DNA of 64,000 nt from the NCBI GenBank assembly GCA_958296135.2, contig CATQHZ020000002.1, positions 79,887-143,886 on the forward strand, given 5' to 3'. Origin of the DNA: an uncultured Poribacteria bacterium (GTDB taxonomy: Bacteria; Poribacteria; WGA-4E; WGA-3G). The notes under the pieces are model-generated. The model was not told the DNA's origin, ran no database searches, and worked only from the letters and a program-made list of their open reading frames with translations. Both the position numbers and the translations under genes were made by a program. Every line of letters starts with the position of its first letter. The stretch's first letter is position 1. Positions 60,901 to 64,000 of the stretch are shown here, one piece after another.

Positions 60901-60953
60901 ATATCTTCTAGATCTTCAATTTCAAAAAGAGGTTTATTAGGATCTACACTCAT
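45990..60953 (-). CDS. Giant Ig-repeat protein (4987 aa): He_PIG-like repeats, Big-like repeats and a propeller-like insert; putative tail fibre/adhesin
   Basis: WLSI.SSTGQITG.AP (putative Ig) repeats; GLT.SDF.VS.G repeats; near-identical ~880-bp and 567-bp internal DNA repeats. Confidence 0.82.
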   Translation of the reverse strand: MSVDPNKPLFEIEDLEDIEGEPISEDIFQVEPISEDPDDTEEIGQSAAPNATWGTPGYNANANTVAVAIIWTQCVRSFTTRDISVPSGWTNKALTPSGSGTAFIFSVRPPTNRRSCGRFTIARNSAISNANGRTGPSGVRRSSYITVDNRRPSISVSSRMVNERSTVRIQISNSRATSFSLSGCNWLTINSDSGLMTGTAPKQLQGSRTDRFTVKGTNSFGSTTDTFSITITNIDKPIPRAISDAPYNERNLVAITYSSTEAFSITSATLTKLSTGSTGTEDWLSITTETSIGGTISGTAPPVDETKTYKYRLTLTNNAGSNSEDFTITVNNIDPPTVSDISNVTYVEGAIVRINVITSGDTSRSISFRSSSPTGGSNFLRVFRNIINRRITLVGIAPPISAAIGSRTYNFRFTATNSNGSTSKNFSITVNNTSLPSLNVISNKSYSENQRGVSFYARGSNITAWEMCRISGAASWLSISSSTGQITGNAPSVTGAQGTKSTIYEVTARNNTIHSSTRRFTVTVNNTTVPTVGAIRSRTINERSRLTINPSGSDVKTWSLTKTSTAGSDWLSISSSTGQITGTAPSISRGTLAYTYRVIGRNNTSTAAARTFTIRVRNTTPRINSFDDFTINESTAVTGKTASGDAISSWGLSMTTAGTTWLSINSSTGAITGTSPTVTRGTNTYTFRIAATGLDGTTATENFTVTVTNRTLPVIGSIANRTVNEKADVCIQATVSPSANVVASWSLTLRSTSPSGLSNWLSFSSSDRRVTGDAPDVTTGSQTYNYRLTATNNAGSDTEDFSITVRNTTPKLNSISDFNANENTVINNPNITASGTNISAYSISGPNWLNINITTGQLTGTTPDITKGTETYDFTVTATNSPASTERDTEDFTVTVRNTTLPSIGSITNRTVNEKADVCIQATVSPSANVVASWSLTLRSTSPSGLSNWLSFSSSDRRVTGDAPDITTGSQTYNYRLTATNNAGSDTEDFSITVRNTTPKLNSISDFNANENTVINNPNITASGTNISAYSISMTTAGTRWLNINSTTGQLTGTTPDVTKGTETYTFRVTATNSPASTERDTEEFTVSVRNTTLPSISSISDQAVLENAFVSVVASATPSNDVVSSWSFAFVSARSSASVDGSWLTFNTGTRTASGTTPLISGSNKRYTYRITASNNAGSDSEEFTITVSDVIYTVTWDDEAYTASTNKISANIQFSDAVTRINKDAFAVVNASGTVQTGWTFDTPSANASANTDVAIAARAPANTNGSFKLRISANSVRFAGSSSNNGPSVATSSDSISVDNRPVIRVTTFPAPTGTQTGSTSIFSIGLSQVIPVSQLTTSDFSTSDTNATLNAVRPAITGQTSANVFRVIVNNPTNSSGTYNVTLAANSISAGTSYKAGPSSAATSTNVTYNTRSRVSVSSFTAPTGTQSGASSVFRLILSHSVPTSEVCTTDFTPAASTTISSVAGVSVISGSASQYDVTVTNPTSASGSYTIIFKANAVSAGTTYRAGPAASTTSTSVTYNTRPRVAATSFTAVSGTHSTASVNLTLSLNYSVPTGQVRTADFTAATNTSISSVTAINASGGNASQFRVTVTQPTNARGSYTIIFKANAIAAGTTYRAGPATNYTSESVTYDTRSQVSVSSFTAPSGTQRTASSVFRLTLSHSVPSSEVCTSDFTPAASTTISSVAEVNVSSGNASQYDVTVTNPTSNNGSYAIIFKANAIPNGTTYRAGPAANYTSTSVTYNTRGNGATWGSPSYYVSSNTLSANIQFSGAVTGISSSDFQVINQRNTNQTGWTFGTISSTAAANTNILISVTPPSNINSTFAFRIKQNSVRYGGSSTNNGPDSNTDSAFLTVDNRAQVGVTSFTAPTGTIRTANSTFRLTLDRDVATTEITTSDFTPAASTTISSVSPVGTGSVNNEYDVTVVNPTNASGSYFIKFKKNAIPATTTYKAGPTADFNSGSVTYNTRPFLVTWETPSFNTTTDKLSADISFSHAVTGLVSTDFEIVNGSGTVQSGWAFDTPSATAAADADISISALAPDNTNGSFGFRIKANSIRYAGSTTNNAPTTAVTSTVISVDNRSLTPNSYAYQDRIAIPTTPAVLASFNDMTATSSHFYFVRANPGGTDIARTDTCLGSINSSFISIPSDERASRITNDGTHLYVVIEDSTERRIEKYLISTGARVTGFNVIVPKDPYDAVAWNSTNNQLYVFNKVLYGQRNTRTLDYSRYNATGTLLGSHSLATGMHEGVVTATYDPESELFYFSGGGIRGYGAYKVLSNHQIELDSDPLIVTPSTFGGPGAITYNSNELKAPSSDGGTRYLIRLTRFTFTGSWTNVTFSGLAIRGTLVIKGGAISGFNKTDLEIINNSGSVQTGWVFNTVSPTIADRASTHVIATPPAQTNGTFKIRLKARSISRGTETNNRPYQNMDTIPIRVDNRPQLTVSSFTAPSGTRRGATSILNLQFDREIPTTELTSSDFTLPSGVTINTISVVGISDGTESEYNITVNNPTNSSGTYTISLDANSISGSTTYKGGPTDSVTSGTVTYDTTPSGITATWGTITIDSTDRSASSDLTFSEDPGMGFSAPVDIRIQKRSGTSPTFTWTTEPIIDWDVDIDGTQTVTVKPIKAIPAPSVTLGTYRFILVVGALGSGTGGEVSGNFTIGDDMAIPAPTIGGGTFCPGNNQIHFSVYWSGASESQLSSFTSSKIAVVGGGSGSIATLGTRCGSSYPVTVTGLPSASSGNVQIQIEEDAVGESLPVESQMVPYDTRTVLPVTFSVGNAYASRSSTDVTALTTPLDEATVYVEISTNSRDATGLTSSDFIVSNGCVGVLASLTTNRIWRLEVSIEDNTKGVLTVSIPSNVVTETNQPASNSFCYDRTGTARPPTFTIGSAYSMSTGGTALSGSITIATIYVAITTNSRDATGLTATDFIISNGCAGTLSVITAKRSWRLRVNVLDDAKGVITVALPSNVVNETNQPASNTYCFDRTTTAQDLVPSVTLTEGHFSKSDNEVYFTAYWTNATTTQLAEFDADDITISGATGATKHVLTRMGSSFPVVIRNLPANTNSNLQITIRAGAVGSSLLVTSACVSYDTRVVLPVTFSIGNAYASRGSSDVTALQTPLDEATVWVEVSTNSRDATGLTSSDFIVSNGCSGTLATLTANRIWRLEISIEDNTKGSLTISIPSNVVQEGNQPASNTLSFDRTITTPSVTFTIGDAYASVSATDTDDLTGTLTLSEVYIEIETDDKDANGLSASDFIVSGACSGSLSPLTALRKWRLQVNIPSDDKGQLTISLPTNVVTQGNQPVSKTFTFDRTTAVQELVPSATISSGGFCPTSNQVFFVVYWANATETQLNAEFDADDVSVNGATGSTVTVGTRTGNSFLITIDNLPANTNGNLTITIRASAVGSSLEVTSACVSYDTRTATGVGVPPGAIFTIPNTIETGATTNIEVNFGERIHGLANSDFTITGHTPTPIHNVLARDFEIGLTTGVTTAPSVSFAGSVMNAPSINSVTRSPRGPQTGASQLWVIRLSRVFGSIRSSDLVVTGGTLIGSPIFIDSLYTLQITNPTSSSGTLNIVLAKNSVTSVDDTTIGPQLPQNSGSWGFDTRVKPSFTIGNVYADTMTNVAEALPITAATVYVEIFTDAKDANALTSSDFIVSGACSGTLATLTANRIWRLEISIEENTKGTLTVALPANSVSEGNDPVSKSFAFDRLVTIEPVSFTIGEMYADSSTSTALSGTLTQITVWVEIEIDVDDNDATGLISSDFIISGGCSGTLTPITANRKWRLEISILQDTKGFLTVAIPSDVVDQGNPPVSKTFQFDLIDELTPVTFEIGDAYASMDASDVTALDLPLAVSEVYIEIETASDKDATGLTSSDFIVSGGCGGTLAELTTKRKWRLQVSIPSDVKGELTISIPTNVITESNQPVSKTFSFNRLITFTPVLFSVGNSYASRDDTDITALTIPLDQATVWVELSTNSRDATGLTSSDFIVSGGCAGTLAALTPNRIWRLEISIEENTKGILTVSIPSNVVIEGNQPASNSFRFDRTANIVTGIPPSAIFSIPNAIQTGAMTNIRANFGEKIYGLTNTDFTITGHDPIPSHNILAQDFEIELGTAIATAPTVTLNLTGTDLPTILSVTRSPRAEATGAVTLWVIRLSRPFRGLDNTEVHIGGVPIAQDPNFIDHLYTIQITNPTSSSGTLNIVLAKNSIMATDDNTTGPELPQNSGSWGFDTRVKPSFTIGNVYADITTNVAEALPITAATVHVEIFTDAKDATGLTASDFIVSGACSGTLATLTANRIWRLEISIEEDTKGILTVSIPSNVIIEGNQLVSKSFRFDRTADIATSIPPSAIFSIPNAIQTGVTTNIRANFGEKIYGLTNTDFTITGHDPIPSHNILAQDFEIELGTAIATAPTVTLNLTGADPPTILSVTRSPRAEATGAVTLWVIRLSRPFRGLDNTEVHIGGVPIAQDPNFIDHLYTIQITNPTSSSGTLNVVLAKNSVMTTDDNTTGPELPQNSGSWGFDTRVKPAFSIENAYASASVSDTTALTEPFDNATIYVHITTDDKDATGLTASDFIVSGGCIGTLVILTTNRIWRLQISIEEDTKGILTVSIPSNVIIEGNQLVSKSFRFDRTADTVTGIPPSAIFSIPNAIQTGAMTNIRANFGEKIYGLTNTDFSITGHDPIPSHNILAQDFEIELGTARATAPTVTLNLTGADPPTILSVTRSPRAEATGAVTLWVIRLSRPFRGLANTEVQIGGVAIAQDPNFIDHLYTIQITNPISSSGTLNVVLAKNSVMATDDNTTGPELPQNSGSWGFDTRVKPTFSIGDAYSDTMTMTPEVEPLNLATVHIAITTDNKDATGLTASDFIVGGACGGDLDVITPNRVWRLTVNLQDNTSGTFTVALPANSVLEGNDPIAKSFYFSRTTAALSLPYVVASQVPTDEQTGQTASFTITTYVNGVETNIDGLMPEDFIITSNEGVIIPTII

Positions 60954-60959
60954 ATTAAC

Positions 60960-62111
60960 CTATTGCTGATAATAAATAATTTCAGTAGTATTTTGATCCG
61001 TATTTCTTTTTTCTATGGACACATAACCCTGAGCTTCAAATAAGCCGGATAACGTATTTTCGATATCGTCGGAATGAGTTTCAACGATTAAATATTTTGG
61101 TTTAATTTGCCAATCGTATTCATGAAATACTTCAAACTCGTGACCATTAATATTCATTACTAAAATTTCAATTTCATCTAATTTAAGATTATTAATTAAT
61201 TGAGTTAAAGTAATCTTTCCGACATATACATCTAGACCAATATCGGCTTGATGATCTTTATTCATTCCGCTAATTTCAAACGTTTCAGCAATACCAGGTT
61301 CTTGCGCTAAGAACACATTAATCCATTTGGTATTTGGTATTTCATATTTATTCCAATTTAATATACTCATTGGATCCGCATCAACACCATAATAATTCCA
61401 ATTTTCAGACGGAGTATATTCTTCCGGCTTCCAAACTGGTTTATCGCTAGGATCTTGATGACCAACTAAATATGTATATTCAGCATTATTAGCAATTCCG
61501 ACTTGTATGCAATTCAATAATTTTTGTTCTTCTGCTATTAATTCAGTTTGAGTATCTTCTACTAGTGGTTCTAAATGTTCATTAGTCTGTCCGTAATCTG
61601 GCCTCTTTGTTCGATCCACATGCTCATAAGTAAATCCGCCAATAAAACCAATTCTTGATCCCATTTTTCTGACATCGTTAGTCATTCCTTGACATTCACA
61701 TCCATCATTATTATGATATGTGATCTTTTCAAAGACTTCTTGTCTAAATAAAACTGGACCGGCGTTTATATGACCCGATTCCATTGCCTCAGCTTTTGAA
61801 ATAGGCGGTTCTCCACCACGCTGAACCCCAAGAGCACCATAATCTTCATTAGTATCTAGAAACTCTATCATTGATCGAACTAGGTTTTCTGGCAAACAGA
61901 TATCGTTATCTGTCATTAATACATATTTGCTTTTATCTGGACTTGATTGCCACATTGCTTTTACAAAATTTCTTGCTGATGTCGCACCATCACCTTTTGC
62001 ATTTGTGAAAAATAACCGAAAAGGTATATTTTGTATAAGAATATGATCCATTACCACCTGAGGAAAAAATCGTTCAGGTGACATTGGAATTAAAATATCT
62101 AAATGATCCAT
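60960..62111 (-). CDS. GT2-like glycosyltransferase fused to FkbM-like methyltransferase domain
   Basis: ARN...YVLMTDND (DxD) GT-A; C-terminal YGVDADP, ITLTQLI, ILVMNINGHE, PKYLIVETH. Confidence 0.72.
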   Translation of the reverse strand: MDHLDILIPMSPERFFPQVVMDHILIQNIPFRLFFTNAKGDGATSARNFVKAMWQSSPDKSKYVLMTDNDICLPENLVRSMIEFLDTNEDYGALGVQRGGEPPISKAEAMESGHINAGPVLFRQEVFEKITYHNNDGCECQGMTNDVRKMGSRIGFIGGFTYEHVDRTKRPDYGQTNEHLEPLVEDTQTELIAEEQKLLNCIQVGIANNAEYTYLVGHQDPSDKPVWKPEEYTPSENWNYYGVDADPMSILNWNKYEIPNTKWINVFLAQEPGIAETFEISGMNKDHQADIGLDVYVGKITLTQLINNLKLDEIEILVMNINGHEFEVFHEYDWQIKPKYLIVETHSDDIENTLSGLFEAQGYVSIEKRNTDQNTTEIIYYQQ

Positions 62112-63922
62112 TATAGGACTCCTCGTATTATTCTAAATCTGCTTGTACTTGTTCCAATAAATGTATACGCTAAATAAATATAATCGTTATCTTCATCTAC
62201 CCAAAAATCAAATCCAGCTAAATTAAACCCATCACTATCTTTACCCGCCGTAATAACTTCCGTCGCAGCATTTACCGACGATGCTTTAGCCACACCAAAA
62301 CGGCTTCTACTGGCGAACGGATAATAGAGTGTTGATCCATCATCTGATAAATAAAGATTGCGGCGCGAATCTGGTAAATTACCATATCTGTTTGGAAGAC
62401 GGTTTTGGCTTGAACTTGATGTCCTCGAAAACCCCAAATGATAATGCATCGCTAATTGAGGAAGAAGATTATTAGGCACAAGTGCCGGATCAATAAATGT
62501 CGTTCTGACTGGGTTAGTTTGAGCCGTTGTAATTCTATGAATTTTTACTTTTGAGTTAACCGTATTATTATACTCCGATGAATCATAACTTCCAAATTCA
62601 TATCCTGGTCTTGTGACTACAACTCCGGTATCTCGAGCTCTGGTGGCGTTAATATAAATTGGCCTTGTGCTTAATATATAAAACGTAGTAAAATCAGAGT
62701 TCGCTACAAAACGCCATGATTCTTCTACGATACTAGGGCTTGTGTTTTCTGATACTAAAGTTAGAATTTCTTGATCGTCTGTTTCTAAATTCCATTTAAT
62801 TATTCTTGGTTTTGGGTTTGGAGTTGGTGGAGTATTAATAGTTGATCCATGAGGGCTAACTAATAAATAAAGTTCATTATTAGGTTCATCAGGGATCATA
62901 TCAGTTACTGTTCCTGACCATTGCCATATACCAGGATCTGATGTTAATACCCATTGACGAGGAAGCGAACTTGTTGATCCAGGTTCAATTCCACCGCTGA
63001 TCGAACCAATCGCAGTATATGATTCATCATTAAATCCTCGAATAACATCACCAGTACTATAAGTTTCATCTATTGACCATTTACCCTTATAGTTATTTAA
63101 TCGAAAATTAGTTTCGTATTCTGGTCTTCCTAAGTTAGTAAAGAATCTTCCGTCAAGATTTGACGCTATTGGTACTTTAATGTCATAGCTCTGTATATCG
63201 TAGTTATCCAATAATTTCTTAATAATAGATTCGACGGTTTTTGATCTGTATGGGGCTTTAAACTGCAAAACAGGATCAGATGCTAACGGTCCGCCTTCAG
63301 TTTGAATCGCAGTTCCTAATTCTTCAAAATTAGTTTCGTCTAATGCTCCCTCTGTTCTTAAAGTATTTTTTCTAGTTAAAATATTACCAAAAACTGATTC
63401 TGAAGACGATGGAGTAACCCCAATATAAAATGGATAATTACCATGAAGATTTCCGCCACTGGCTTCAGTCTTTATTCTTTTATCGATCCCAAAATTAGTC
63501 ATCGTTTCGTCTCTTAACTTTTGAGATGGATCAGAACATAGAATAGTACAATCACCACTTTTAGCATTCTTACTTATATTTAGAATTTGACCAGAATAAA
63601 TAGTATCTAGTTGCTCTGAACCGTCAACAATAAATCCAGCTTGCATCATTACCGGAGACCTATAACCACTCTCGGTTATAGGTGGGGTTTCCATCATTCC
63701 ATTCATTTTATAGAAGTTATCTTCTTTTTGCGGATTATAATTATTATCTGGATCTTTTAAAGTAAACGAAGCTTCTGAAATTCTATATTCATTTAATTGT
63801 GGGTAATCCAATGAAGACTCGATACCTTCAACAGATCTAACGTTTTCGGAAACGTCTTGACCTAAAATAAATATTTTATAGATAATTTCATAATTCTTGT
63901 AAGAATATTGTTTCGTAGCCAT
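62111..63922 (-). CDS. Tail protein: N-terminal half of a hub-like fold, CBM5/12-like insert and propeller-like C-terminus
   Basis: GQDVS...ASFTLKDPD..YNP...IYSGQI...TILCSD N-terminal pattern; YKGKWSIDETYSTGDVI...YTA...EPG...W. Confidence 0.6.
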   Translation of the reverse strand: MATKQYSYKNYEIIYKIFILGQDVSENVRSVEGIESSLDYPQLNEYRISEASFTLKDPDNNYNPQKEDNFYKMNGMMETPPITESGYRSPVMMQAGFIVDGSEQLDTIYSGQILNISKNAKSGDCTILCSDPSQKLRDETMTNFGIDKRIKTEASGGNLHGNYPFYIGVTPSSSESVFGNILTRKNTLRTEGALDETNFEELGTAIQTEGGPLASDPVLQFKAPYRSKTVESIIKKLLDNYDIQSYDIKVPIASNLDGRFFTNLGRPEYETNFRLNNYKGKWSIDETYSTGDVIRGFNDESYTAIGSISGGIEPGSTSSLPRQWVLTSDPGIWQWSGTVTDMIPDEPNNELYLLVSPHGSTINTPPTPNPKPRIIKWNLETDDQEILTLVSENTSPSIVEESWRFVANSDFTTFYILSTRPIYINATRARDTGVVVTRPGYEFGSYDSSEYNNTVNSKVKIHRITTAQTNPVRTTFIDPALVPNNLLPQLAMHYHLGFSRTSSSSQNRLPNRYGNLPDSRRNLYLSDDGSTLYYPFASRSRFGVAKASSVNAATEVITAGKDSDGFNLAGFDFWVDEDNDYIYLAYTFIGTSTSRFRIIRGVL

Positions 63923-63925
63923 ATC

Positions 63926-64000
63926 TCACCTCACGGGTGAACTTAAGATCCTCACGATCCGCATTCTATAAAATCTGCTGCTGTATTTGTAATAACCGGC
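63926..64000 (-). CDS. C-terminal end of an upstream gene (partial)
   Basis: Open frame ...YYKYSSRFYRMRIVRILSSPVR* ending just before the next start. Confidence 0.35.
   Translation of the reverse strand, partial: AGYYKYSSRFYRMRIVRILSSPVR

Noticed and set aside
45990-60953. Diversity-generating retroelement template/variable repeats
   Set aside because: Repeat differences are mostly synonymous and not adenine-specific, and no reverse transcriptase is present in the window
39196-60962. TAG stop followed in-frame by the next ATG at two tail-gene junctions (60960 to 60953; 39205 to 39195), hinting at amber readthrough or recoding
   Set aside because: The TAG overlaps the next gene's RBS (TAGGAG, TAGG), the 4987/2257 junction is out of frame, conserved genes are intact in the standard code, and no suppressor tRNA is present
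1-64000. Bacterial chromosome origin of the window (dnaE, dnaN, ssrA, folE, queC)
   Set aside because: Single-strand gene packing, many small orphan ORFs, Gp157, RNA ligases, a homing endonuclease, repeated promoters and tail-like genes indicate a large phage

Overview
AT-rich (roughly one-third GC) 64-kb segment of a large dsDNA phage genome; essentially every gene is on the minus strand. 1-36.2 kb is a replication / nucleotide-metabolism / DNA-modification region: DnaE, DnaN sliding clamp, SSB, ThyA, Tmk, Dut, two RNA ligases, SprT, a RusA-like resolvase, a GIY-YIG homing endonuclease, tmRNA, tRNA-Leu(UAA), tRNA-Arg(UCU), four DNA methyltransferases and a 7-deazaguanine set (FolE, QueC, QueE and a TGT/DpdA-like transglycosylase). 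It is punctuated by 8 copies of a 43-bp promoter-like repeat. A GC-rich inverted-repeat/iteron-like element (36.2-36.7 kb) separates this from a tail/adhesin module: tail-hub-like N- and C-halves flanking a glycosyltransferase-FkbM fusion and two giant Ig-repeat proteins (4987 and 2257 aa). A secreted two-CxxCH cytochrome with a YPNPFNPETWIPY...RKMVIRK C-terminal domain suggests a Poribacteria-like host (inference). Best candidate for an undescribed system: the DpdA-like enzyme, all four methyltransferases and the homing endonuclease each carry a terminal QxxL/F-type beta-clamp-binding-like peptide, and the phage encodes its own clamp. This suggests DNA-modifying enzymes loaded on the replication fork. 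All assignments are by motif recognition only; no searches were run.
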